64,000 nt of DNA. Origin: Lama guanicoe (lineage: Eukaryota). The DNA lies in NCBI GenBank assembly GCA_013239625.1, contig MU056756.1:744001-808000 (forward strand). Direction: 5' to 3'. Positions 53,657 through 64,000 of this stretch are shown here, in pieces. Position numbers and translations under genes: made by a program. The notes beneath the pieces were generated by a model. It did no database searches. It worked only from the letters and a program-made list of their open reading frames with translations, and was not told the origin of the DNA. Within the stretch, counting starts at the first letter, position 1. Every line of letters begins with the position of its first letter.

Positions 53657-53767
53657 TGACCTGTGTGAGTCACCCCGTAACTCACTCTGGCCGTGACCTC
53701 CCTGAGTGGATTGTGGCCCAGGTCACGTGCTGAACTGTGGTCATGGCCATGACCTTGACCTTGACCT
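53657..53767. promoter_or_regulatory. Cluster of nuclear-receptor half-sites, AP-1 and E-box (candidate enhancer)
   Basis: TGACCT at 53657, 53694, 53750, 53756 and 53762; AGGTCA at 53720; TGAACT at 53731; TGAGTCA at 53666; CACGTG at 53724. Confidence 0.4.
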
Positions 53768-55399
53768 GGCTTCACACTCCAGCTATGGGAACCAGCCCTT
53801 CCCTGGAGGCTCAGTCACAAGGGCTTGAAGATAAAGATACTTGAATTTTAGTTCAAGCCCATGCAGGACGTGTGACCCTGCTGATTTTTAAAGACTTTTT
53901 GGGGCCTCAATTTCCGCAATTGTTGGGTGAAGGGAAGGGGCCGGGCGGGGCGCCTGCCAGTGTGCCGTCCGGCTCTGAGGGTCCTCGGTGGGTGGGCCTC
54001 TGTCCTGCCTGTGTCTGCACACCACATCCACTGCCGCCCCCCAGAGCCCAGGGCTGCGTGGTCCGCGTGGTCTGTCTCCTGCTGAACCCGCTCTTACCCT
54101 CCACCCATTTTTATTCTGTTACAACCTCTGTTCTTCTAAGTGCGTGGCTTGGCTGCGTTGGTGGTAATCTTTATGCCATTAAGCGCTTTCAGAACAGAAT
54201 CCTCCTGGCGTGACTGCCCTGTGTCCCTGTTCCCTGGCTCCCGTTCCAAGCCAGGCAGCTGGCGACCCTGTCTGTGGGGGTAACGCTCCCTTCCCTGCTC
54301 AGTCATCCAGGATTGAAACCATAGCCTATCGGGGCTTAAACAAGGATCACCTAATCTCACTTTCCAAATGGGGCCGCCAAGGCCGGGGCGGTGGGAGAGG
54401 ATCTGCCCGGGCCGCGCGGCTTCAGGGACAGATTAACAAACAGGAAAACCAGGCCAGGAGCCAGTGCCCTTGAGAACCAGCTCAGGGCGCTCCGGCCAGG
54501 TCTCACCGCCTCCAGGCTGGTTCTGACTGTTTGATGACAGTGTCGAGATAAACGTAGCATCGGTGGAGGCCCATGTCTGGGAGCAGAAACCTGTAGGCAG
54601 AACCGACAGGATGAAGCTGCACTTGCACAGTGAGAATGGGTTTATGCTGCTCGTTGCATGGGCATGGCTCGGTTCCGTCACCGTGAAGCTGCAGGCGGAC
54701 ACCGAGTCCCCGTCTGCCTGCACAAGTCCTTGGGCGCAGGGGACAGGTGGTTTAGAAGAAAGGCCTACAGTGTCCCGTTCTGGTGGTCAGCTGGGCAGTT
54801 CCCATAGCCTTAAACACAAGCATCAATATTGCATTAAGGGCCACGTTATGGTCGTGGCTCTCATGAGGGCGGAGAAGCCTGTGGTCGCCTTTACACTGTG
54901 AGCAGCCCCAGTCTCGGCCTTTCCTCCCCAACGTGCGTCCTCAGAGTCTCGTTGGGTCTCCTCTCTGCTAAGCGATTCCTGTCCTGTACCTGGTCCAGAT
55001 GGACCTTGTGAGCCAGAGACCCCGGGGGTCCCCAGCTCCCCCATCTCCTCCAGGAAGACGTTGGAGGTCACAGAACACACACACGACACCTGCAGGGTAC
55101 GTGGCGAGAGCTGTTGCCAGGTTTCCTAGGAGGAGTTTTGGCTTACAAAATATGGAAAAACTCCGGGCTCCATTACAGAGACGGTGAGGAATGCCCAGAC
55201 GCCCGCGGCCCAGTTGCACTGACACTGGAAAGAATTCCAGTGGGATCACCGTGCAGTTTCTTGCTAGTGTGGAAGGAGGCAGATCAGCTAGTTTGTTTGG
55301 TACTTTTTGTGCCGGGTTTGGAGCTGGGTCCTTGGACTTCCCGGTCAGCAGAGCACCCTGGCTCCCTGTCCGGTGGGCGACATCGACTGGCAGTGTGCA

Positions 55400-56150
55400 G
55401 CGACAGATGGAGACAAGGGGTCTCGCTTACAGTGGGGTCCCTGGAGGCACCAGGGGGTGTGTGCAGAGTGTGGTGACAGTCATAGTTCAGGCAAGAGGTC
55501 CACCCAGCGTGAGTGGGGTGGTGGCCATGGAAGTGGACAGACTGAGGGTCAGCAGCAGGATTGTTCGGAAGGAGGTGGGGCCTGGGGGAGGCGTCCTGGA
55601 TGTCCACCTTGTGCTGCGCGTGGGGCAGGGAACCCTGGACACGGAGACCAGTGTGGGTGCAGTGGGTGGGGACTGAGTTTAGCCCTCGACGGTTGAGTCT
55701 AAGGTTCCGTCTGCTCTTCAGAAGGAGGTGGGGGAGCAGCTGGACATAAGGGCTTGGTTACCCTAGGAGGGCACCTGCTTCGGGATGGGGCCTCGCAGCT
55801 AGCATGAGGTTGTGGGAAGAGAAGGGGGCTGTGAACCATGCAGGGAGGGGGAGCTCCAACATTTCATGGCGCCTGTAGGAGGCGGTGCCAGCCAAGGACA
55901 GAGAAGAGAAAAATCCAGAGACATGGAAACGACGGGGAGAGCGTGGCACCCCAGGGGCAGAGGACGCACTTTCCAGGAAGGGGGAGGTCAGCCGGGTCCG
56001 ACGGCGGTGAGCGATCGCGCAGCCTGAGAGCAGACATGCCCTTGGATGTGGTGACGTGGGGTCATGGGGACCTCAAGTTGTCCTGGTGAAGGGGGCAGGA
56101 GGGAGATTGGAAGGAGCCAAAGGGCCGTGGGAAGTGGACAAGCGGGACGT
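55400..56150 (-). mobile_element. Degenerate L2 LINE body
   Basis: Purine-rich; GAGTTTAGCCCTCGACGGTTGAGTCTAAGG...GCAGCTGGACATAAGGG...CCCTTGGATGTGGTGACGTGGGGTCATGGGGACCT resembles L2 antisense. Confidence 0.55.
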
Positions 56151-56649
56151 GACCACGACAGACCAGAAGGCCGGCGGGGCAAGGCCACTGCTGGGGCGCA
56201 GTGTGTGGCGGAGATCGGAGTCGTTCCTACGCTGGGGGAGGCTCGGAGACGCTGGACCAGTGATGGGAGAGGACCCAGTGGTACATCCTGAAGTTTGGCT
56301 TGGATCTTCTCAGCGTCTTCGGCGCTTTTCTCAGCGTGCTCAGCCCCTTCTCCCTCCTCGAGCTTGTGCAGGGCAGCCGGGCCGGCGTGCCGTCGGGTCG
56401 CCACGGTGTGTTCCTGAGTCAGGGCCTGCGGAGGGCCGCATCAGGTGCCCCGGGGGCTGTGGGGCTTCCTTCCTGGCCGACGGGCTCGCAGCGCACTCCA
56501 GTCCTGCGCCTGCTCTGGGATTACTCCACGGGAGGGCGTGTCGGCCTCAGGGGCAGAAGGAGAGAGAGTGGGTGCTGCTAAAAACGCCCACGAAGTTCTT
56601 ACCCTCTTCAGTTGGATTTCCCACTTCCAGAATTTTCATTTCATTCTTT

Positions 56650-57875
56650 ATAAAAATGAATTCCAGGAGAAAATCTAGACGGCTTTTGAGTATGGCGATG
56701 ACTTTTAGGTACAGCACAAAGACACGATCCAAGAAAGAAGTAATTGATTGGTGGGACTTCTTGTAATTTAAAAACGTCTGCTTTGTGTGGAACGATGTTA
56801 AGGCAATGAACGGACAAGTCACAGGCTGGGAGAAATATCTGCAAAAGACACATCTGATAAAGGACTGTTACCCAAAACGTGCAAAGGACTCACACATCAA
56901 CAGAAGAAAATGAAAAACTAGATTAAAAGTTGGGCAGAAGACTTGAACTTCTGCTCAAGACACTTCAAAAAGGGTCTTGACAAAAGGCACCTCACCAGAG
57001 AAGACACAGAGGGCAAGTCAGCATTTGAGAAGGGGCTTCACATCCTGTGTCACCAGGGAAACGCAACTTAAAGCTGCGAGGCACCCCCGCACACCTGTGA
57101 GAGCAGCCCGAGTCCGGACTTGACACACCAGGTGCCGGCGAGGTGGGGAGCAGCCGGGGCTCTCGTCACTGCTGGCGGGGGCAGAAGCGGGCATGCAGCC
57201 ACGGTTTGGTGGTTTTTACAAAACTGGGCTTACTCTTACCCTGCACTCCCGCTGGATGAACTGGAAAACTCAGGAAGACCAGTCTCATAAGTTAAGATTT
57301 AAGTCCATTCAGTACCTGCACACAGGTGTTTACAGCAGCTTTATTCATAATTGCCCAACTTGGAAGCAGCTAAGACGCCCGTCAGCAGGTGAATGGATAA
57401 ATAAGCTGTGATATGATTCAGCACCAAGAAGAAATGAATCTTCAAGTCATGAAAAGACGAGGAGGCTCCTTAAATTAGTGTGCCTAAGTGAACGAAGGCA
57501 GTCTGCAAAGGTCACCCGCATGATTCCAACTCCAGGACCTTCTGGAAAAGGTAGAGCTTTGGGGGCAGTAAGTTCAGGGGCTGGGACGGGAGGGAGGACC
57601 AGGCGGGATACAGAGGCACTGTCATCAGTGAACCTACTCTGTGTGACACTGTAGTGACCGGTGCACATCGTTATCCACGTGCAGTACATCACCAAGAGGG
57701 GACCCTGCTATAAGTGGGCTTCGAGTGACTGTGACAAATGCACTGTCTCGGGGGAGGCCGGTAACGGGGGAGGCTGTGCGTGTCGGGGGCAGAGAGTTTC
57801 TGGGAGATCTCTGTACCTTCCACTCCATTTTGCTGTGATCCTGAAACTGATCTAAAAAGATCTTTTTTTTTAAAG
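56650..57875 (+). mobile_element. Old L1MC-like 3' fragment (ORF2 end plus 3' UTR)
   Basis: ACAAGTCACAGGCTGGGAGAAATATCTGCAAAAGACACATCTGATAAAGGACT...GCAGCTTTATTCATAATTGCC...ATCTCTGTACCTTCCACTCCATTTTGCTGTGA. Confidence 0.85.
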
Positions 57876-57989
57876 TAAGGAATAAATTACAAAAATATCT
57901 ATGCTATCCTTAAAAATAAAATTTCAGTTCTCTGATGAAATTCTCTACCTTGTAACCTTTTTTCCTCAGCGTATTAGTTATGGGTATTT

Positions 57990-58066
57990 TATTATTATTT
58001 TTTTAACTGAAGTACTATTACAGTGTGTCAGTTTCTGGTGTACGGCACAGTGTCCCAGTCCAGTCA
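57990..58066 (-). mobile_element. Very short young L1 3' tail
   Basis: T-tail plus AACTGAAGTAC...TTACAGTGTGTCAGTTTCTGGTGTACGGCACAGTGTCCCAGTC, resembling camelid-type L1 3' ends as I recall them. Confidence 0.6.
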
Positions 58067-58146
58067 TGGGCAGTTTAAAATGTGCCTGTAACTCCCATGA
58101 CATGGACACCTGGGACTTCTGCATACTGTTTATTTTGCTGGTCTCC

Positions 58147-58365
58147 TGTTGGGTTGAAGAGCGCCTCCCGCTCTGGCCCCTGGAACATTCACGTCCGTCT
58201 GGAGCCTCCGAGTGCGACCTTATTTGGAAACAGAGTCTTAGCAGATGTAATTAGTTAGGATTGTGCTGGGGTCGTACTGGAGTCTGGGGGACCCTGGATC
58301 CAGTGAGGGTGCCTGATAGGGACAGAAAAGGACACAGAGACAGAGGAGAGGGTGGTGTGAAGGTG
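58147..58365 (+). mobile_element. MLT1C/D-like LTR 5' part, followed by degenerate tetranucleotide repeats to ~58610
   Basis: TGTTGGGTTGAA...GACCTTATTTGGAAACAGAGTCTTAGCAGATGTAATTAGTTAGGAT...GACACAGAGACAGAGG. Confidence 0.8.
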
Positions 58366-59147
58366 CCCCAAATCCTGGCTGGTGATGGATCGTCATCCAT
58401 CCATCCATCTATTATCAATCAGCAATCAATCAGTCTATCAAATATCTATCATCAATCTATCGATCGATCTTTCAATAGTGTGGGTGTCATCAGTCAGTCA
58501 GTTACCTGTCTGTATCGGCCAGTCCGTCTGTCTGTCCTCTATCACCAGTCATCCACCATCGATCTGTCGGTCTGTCTGTCCTAGCTATTCTGTGCATCCT
58601 CTGTCCGTCTTTCACCTTCTCATCTCTCTCTGTTTGCATTTTGTCTGGATTTCAGTTGCTGCAGACGAGAACCCCGTCCTGCTGGGCGCAGTCTCGTTTT
58701 GTCTGTGGGGTAGAACTCCTTCGTCAGGGACAGAAGTGAGAGTCACTGGGACACCTGACGTATCACGCACTGCGCAGAGCTGGGGACATAGTGGATGTCC
58801 CATAGATGCTAATTAAAGCATGTGTACATTTTAAAGTGTATATGTATGTAAAGTACATATACGTAGATATGTGTGAACGTATCCGATAAATGGAGGTAAA
58901 GAATTGCTAAATACAGCCTCGCTTTGTCAACCCTGGATGTTTTTTCAGTTCTGAGCCACTATTCACAGTCACGTTTACTGAAGTGAGTTTCCACGTCTCT
59001 GACCCACCCCTCTGTTGAGCACAGAGGTTGTGCCGTGACCTGGGGAGAAGCGGCCCGTGGTCTGGTGGGTGGGTTGCTGGGGACGTCAGGAGAAACGAGA
59101 AGGTGTGTCAGGGAAACACACTCAGAAATTGGGGTTCAGTGTGTCTT

Positions 59148-59500
59148 GCTCTTACATAGTGGTGTGTGTCTGTTCATCCCGAACTCTTAGTTCATCCCTG
59201 CCCCAGCTTTCCCTTTGGTGACCATAGATTGTTTTCTGCGTCTGTGAGTCTCTTTCTGTTTTATATAGAGTCATTGCATCATAGTTTAGATTCTACGTAT
59301 ACATGATGCCATGCGATATTTGCCTCTCTCTGGCTGGCTGGCTTCACTTACTGTGACGGCTCTCAGTCCATCCATGTAGCTGCAGATGACAATATTCCAT
59401 TCCTTTTCATGGCTGAGTAATATTCCACAGTGCATGTGTCTACACCACACCTTCTGAAGCCGGTCAGCTGCTGACGGGCACCTGGGTTGTGTCCATGTCT
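59148..59500 (-). mobile_element. L1 3' region fragment
   Basis: TTCCCTTTGGTGACCATAG...TCTGTGAGTCT...TTTAGATTC...TCCATCCATGTAGCTGCAGATGAC...TTTTCATGGCTGAGTAATATTCCA. Confidence 0.85.
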
Positions 59501-60423
59501 CTGTGCCTTTGTGACTCTCATCTTGTCCACTGACCTGTTTTTCAGACTCCTGGGCACGTCCCGTATGTTTTTCTCTCTAGTTTCTGCAGCAAACTTCAGA
59601 GCCAGTTGCTCTCATGTGCTTTACAGACGGGGAGACAGAGCCCCGCAGTCGGCCTGCGGAAGCCCCCCGGCTCCCGGTGGGACCACGGTTGGGCCTGGCC
59701 TCTGAGACGGGGCCCTTGGGCAGTGGGTGCCTGGTGACAGCCAAGATCGATCATGCCAGTCGCATGTTATTTATATTTGGACACATGCTGTGCAAAAGCA
59801 CGGGCAGCCTGCAGTCATCTGGGCGGTTCGGATGCCGCGCACGCCTGTGGTAATGACTATAAATAAGATGTAACTTGCCGACTAGGCACAGGTCCTCTTT
59901 TAGGTAGGAGTTCTGGCTAAACGAACCCCAGGATGAAACAGAGTCAGAGCTCCAGTCGTCTCTGAAATTAAAAAGCAAAAACAAAACCAAAAAACAACCA
60001 AACACTCACAACCACAGAGGCCACTGTCCCTCATCCTCCATCCATGGCTAACCGTGCCCTTGGAGTTCAGGGCTGCGGCCAAAATGGTAAACATGCTTAT
60101 TGCAGTCAAGTGGTGGCTAGGGACCCCTCTGGGAGTGTCCGTTTAGCGACCAGGGAGACTAGCTCCCAAGGACTGAAAATGAGTCTGTGAACTCCTGCGT
60201 GGCGTGAAGATGCGTGGGGAGGGCGGGCTGCCAGCCCCGCCCTCTTCTCTGGGGTCAGTAGCTGCATCTTCAGTTTCCTGGGCGTGAAAAGCGCCCTTCG
60301 TGAGTCAGGAGGGCGCTTTCCATGTTTCAATTTTTCCCAACTGGAGTTAGACTTGTTCCCTCCTAAGATCAGGCTCATGATTTACGACGCAGGTATCAGT
60401 GTGGGGCCAGGCGTCCCAGGCGT

Positions 60424-60454
60424 CTATAAATAGCATTTCCTCGGCCATAAAAGG
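60424..60454 (+). promoter_or_regulatory. MYOM2: Muscle-type core promoter: MEF2 site CTATAAATAG (60424-60433) and CArG box CCATAAAAGG (60445-60454); probable MYOM2 promoter
   Basis: Perfect MEF2 and SRF consensus sites 11 bp apart, plus a second MEF2 site CTATAAATAA at 59857-59866. MYOM2 (M-protein) follows KBTBD11 on the same strand in human. No MYOM2 coding sequence lies in the window. Confidence 0.75.
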
Positions 60455-60479
60455 GAGGGAGTGGCGGGCGTTTGGAGCG

Positions 60480-60555
60480 AGAAGCTCTCTGCTTCCCTCG
60501 GCCGGAGCCTGCAGGCTGAGCCTCTCTCCTCTCTGCCTCTTTCCTTTCTCTCGGG
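60480..60555 (+). other. MYOM2: Putative non-coding exon 1 of MYOM2 (5' end approximate)
   Basis: Starts about 30 bp after CATAAAA, is pyrimidine-rich with no ATG, and ends at a strong donor GGG|GTAAGT (60556-60561). Confidence 0.62.
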
Positions 60556-63500
60556 GTAAGTTTCCGTCTCTTCTTTCCTTTTCTCATTCGAGGCGTTGGA
60601 GTGGTAGCTGTGCACCAGCTGGTTGCACTCAGATTTCCTAGATGGATCCATGTCAGGGTGAAGAAAAGTGGACAGCACCATCCTCTCCGTGCTGGAAAAG
60701 TCAGCCGGCAGTCAGGTCGGAGCCCCGGGTGTCTCTGACGCAGTCTGGATCTGCACACTCTCTGTTGTGGGAGGTTCGGGGCCTCTTCCCAGCACCTGCG
60801 TCTTAACCCCGGGTTCTGCAGCACCTCGGGCGCGTCCCCGGGTTGGCTGATTGATGCCTGCAGTTTTCACACATCTCAGGAAGGAGAGCCCCTGTGAGGA
60901 GAGGGCAGGTCTGAAATGGGGTGAAATAAACGCGGGTATTTCTTAAGAAAGAGAAAGAAGAGAGCAGAGCTATTCAGCTTAGACCTGGACTGTGGCCTGG
61001 AGGGGACGGGGCAGAACACGGTGCTTGTAGGGGTCTCAGCTCGAGACCGCGGTGTCTCCTTTGTGCCTCTGGATGCGTTATGGTCCTGCAGAATTTTCTG
61101 GCTCAGTTCTCCTAACAGAGCCTGAGCTTTCTCTGGTCGTGCTCCTGAAAAGCTGCCCCAGAGAAGGGCCGTGGGGTTGCTGGGTGCCTGCCCTCAGGGG
61201 GCCTGGAAGGGCCCGGCAGGCAGACGAGGGGGGTCTTTCTGGGGGGAAACGCTTGGCTTTCTCTGCCTCCTGATCTCAAGGTCCTTTCTCTGGGAGCAGA
61301 GGTGAACTGGCGTCGGAGAGCACGTGGAGCAGAGAGCGTTCAGAGGAGTCATTTAATACCCGAGTCCGGATCATGTTTGCAATGATTTTGCATGAAACTA
61401 GCGCCTTCACTCGTGTGCCTGTTCTTTAAAAAACGAGGAGAATCTGGGGGAACAGTTTTAGGGGAGGGAATAGGTGTGTGACTTGGTTTGTCTTGAGTTC
61501 TCTCAATGTGTGACAAGCTTGCTGAGCGGCTGGAACGTCCCCCTGTCCAGGAAGCAGCACATTTTTGACCCTGCTTACGCCGCGGGGCCGCAGGGACAGG
61601 CTCCCTGGGAGCCGGAGAGGCCTGTAGCCGCGAGGAGGCACAGGCAGCCGAAGAAACTGCGAAGACATTCAGTCCTGGGTCTGAAAGGTGGTTTGCGGGA
61701 ACACTTGGGAGTTTGGCTGCCGGACATCAGACGTCAGGCCGCATCGGATGATGACGGTGTAAGAACTATTTTGTGTCCGGTCAGATTTACTTCTGGAGCT
61801 GAGGGGTTTGGAAGACTCTCGGGGAAAGCAACTCAAGCCGTCTCGGGAACGGAGGGCGCAGTGGTTTGGGGGTGTGGACCGGTCCTTTCTCTTCCTCTAG
61901 GGGAGCTCGAGGGCGGTGTGTTTGTGAACTTGGACAACTTCAGCTGCACAAATGCCAATTTCTTCTATTAAATGGAAGTAAATGTGTTTTAAGTGAAATG
62001 TGTGCACAGATGTCACCCTCCTGGGTGACATGAGAGGTGGGCCCCAGCAGTGCTCGCAGGAAGGGCCGGGACCAAGCCAGTGAGCGGCGCCCAGTCCCCT
62101 GAGCTTGAGGACAGGCTCACGTTTCATTTCGGTTTCATGATTCCCGAACGTGTTAGGAGCGTCCGTGGGTGGAAGGCGGGCCGGTGCCCAGTCAGACGCT
62201 GGGATGGAAGCTTGGCTCCATCACCGGGCACCGGGCTGGGGGGTTCTCGTCACCTCCTGAGACTCAGTTTCCTCGCAGGAGGAGGTCGGGAATGGGAGGA
62301 GGTATCTCGAGTGTGTCAGTTCAGTCACAGCTGTGGAAAGCACCAAAAACGCGTGTGTGTGGACCCGGGCGACTCCGCGTCTTTGGTATTTGAGGACGAT
62401 CGGTGCTCAGAGAGGGGTGTTGCCTCCGGTGGCTTTGGACTCGGTCTCGAGTTTGGGCACTTTGAGTGCTTGAAAGCCGTCACCTCCTCCAGCCCTCAGT
62501 CCCCACAAAGCAAGCAGAAGCCAAGAGCTGTGTGGGTGGTGGGGTCCGCGCAGGACTCCAGGCCCCAGCACCCCGCCCCGGGTGCACCCCAGAACCCGTG
62601 CTGGGGGACGGCTGTTCTCCTTGCCTCTCGGGGGGGGGGCGGTCGTTTCCCTGAGAAGGAGAAAGTGTGGGGAGACCGTGCAGACCACCGCTGCCGCCCT
62701 CTAGTCGTGGTGTCTCCCCAGCGCAGCTGGCCACGTTCTCTCTGTGGTCCTCACGTTGCCTGGCGACCCTCAGGATGCAGCTTCGGACCCTGTGCTGAGC
62801 CTGCAGACAGCTCGCTTCCAAGAGGTGTGCTCACCCCCGTCTGCAGGCGATCTCCCGGGCGGGGTCAGGGACAGCTGGGAATGTCCTGGAATTCGAGGTC
62901 CAGGGGGCAGAACCCAAATGAGTGCCCTGGGCGTGGGCTCGGGCTGTGTGGTGGCCCTGCGGGCACTCCCGGGGCGGGGTCAGAGGCACGGAAGACGGGG
63001 TTTGCTACCATCCCAGGAGCAGGCGTCTGAGATGTTTCTGTCCTTGAAATGCTACGGTTCCCTGGTCCAGGCTTGGCGGGCATGCGGCAGGTGCTCCAGG
63101 TGTGCAGGGCAAACAACGGGGAGAGTCCTGAAGCCCCCGGGTTGCTGGCCCCCCCATGACTGTCCTTCAGTGACAGCGAGCACCGGGGGACGAGTGCCTG
63201 CTTGCTGCCACCTTGTCTTGAGGGGATGTGGGAGCAGTAAGTCTGCCCTCGGAGCAGGGGGCCCCGGAAACGTGTCCACCTGACTCTGGCCCACGTCCCT
63301 CCTCTGTTCAAAGTGTCTGCTCCCAGCGGGAAGTGTGAGGACTTGCAGGTCACACAGGCTCCTGTCACACCATCCCCTAGACACGCCGGGTGTGGCCCGT
63401 GCACGGAGCGCTGAACTGCACAGTGCAGACCAGTTAAAGGTACACGGTCACCAGCTGTGGGCACCGCTGACCTTTCCCAACCCTTCCACGTTCAAAACAA

Positions 63501-64000
63501 GAGCAGCATCTTGTCAAGTGGGGGCCGCCTCTTTTGGGGGTGCTGGCTGCCACAGTTTAAATGTGTCAAGATAGCTTATCCTCTCCTGTCACCCAGGCCA
63601 CTCTTGGACCCTGCCCTCTGCCAAGAAATGCAGAGAGATTTGAAGGGTAACAACACAGATGTAGGTAAATATTGTGACAGGGCAGGGACACCAGGGCAGT
63701 GGCAGCCACGGGGATTGCTCTGGGCATTCTGGTGTGGCTGACTTTCCCTGCATTTGGGCAGGTGCCTCGGAGAAGGTGTCTCGGAGACAAAACTGGTTCA
63801 GAGTGGTGACATCTGCCCCCAGCACGCCCGCTCCGAGAGCTTTCCCCAGCACAGGGAGGCACTCCAGGGACAGCAAATGGAATGTGTACCGTTATGAGCG
63901 AGAAGCTTTTCTTCATGATTCACCTTGAGTCACTCGTTAGCAGACCCACTGAGCTGCAGCTGGGGATGTTGCAGATATTAGAGTGATCAGTACATGCTTG

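Noticed and set aside
62050-63030. 326-aa ORF as MYOM2 or a new gene
   Set aside because: Non-ATG start and no resemblance to the MYOM2 N-terminus or Ig/Fn3 domains; it lies in putative intron 1.

Overview
This is mammalian genomic DNA, GC/CpG-rich, and syntenic with the human ARHGEF10-KBTBD11-MYOM2 locus; all three genes lie on the + strand. The young L1 3' ends look cetartiodactyl, probably camelid (inference). From left to right the window holds: the last two coding exons and 3' UTR of ARHGEF10 (2041-~6170); a CpG-island promoter and putative non-coding exon 1 of KBTBD11 (~17.2-18.8 kb); the single KBTBD11 coding exon (CDS 31249-33264, 671 aa BTB-Kelch) with a long 3' UTR; an intergenic stretch rich in old repeats (MLT1/MLT2 LTRs, L1, L2, MIR, hAT) with two orphan CpG islands and two CTCF motifs; and a MEF2+CArG muscle promoter with a non-coding first exon that is most likely MYOM2 (~60.4-60.6 kb). 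There is one assembly gap (44229-44387). I found no new protein-coding gene, RNA gene or multi-gene system; the many long ORFs are GC-content artefacts. The best leads are: (i) a local AT-to-GC substitution hotspot that may have built an orphan CpG island; (ii) a uORF-laden KBTBD11 5' UTR with a possible CUG-initiated N-terminal extension; (iii) a 76-bp inverted repeat downstream of KBTBD11; (iv) a coding SPEE minisatellite; (v) a dense nuclear-receptor motif cluster upstream of MYOM2. Gene and repeat names come from my recall of the orthologues and consensus sequences, not from a database search, and repeat boundaries are approximate.
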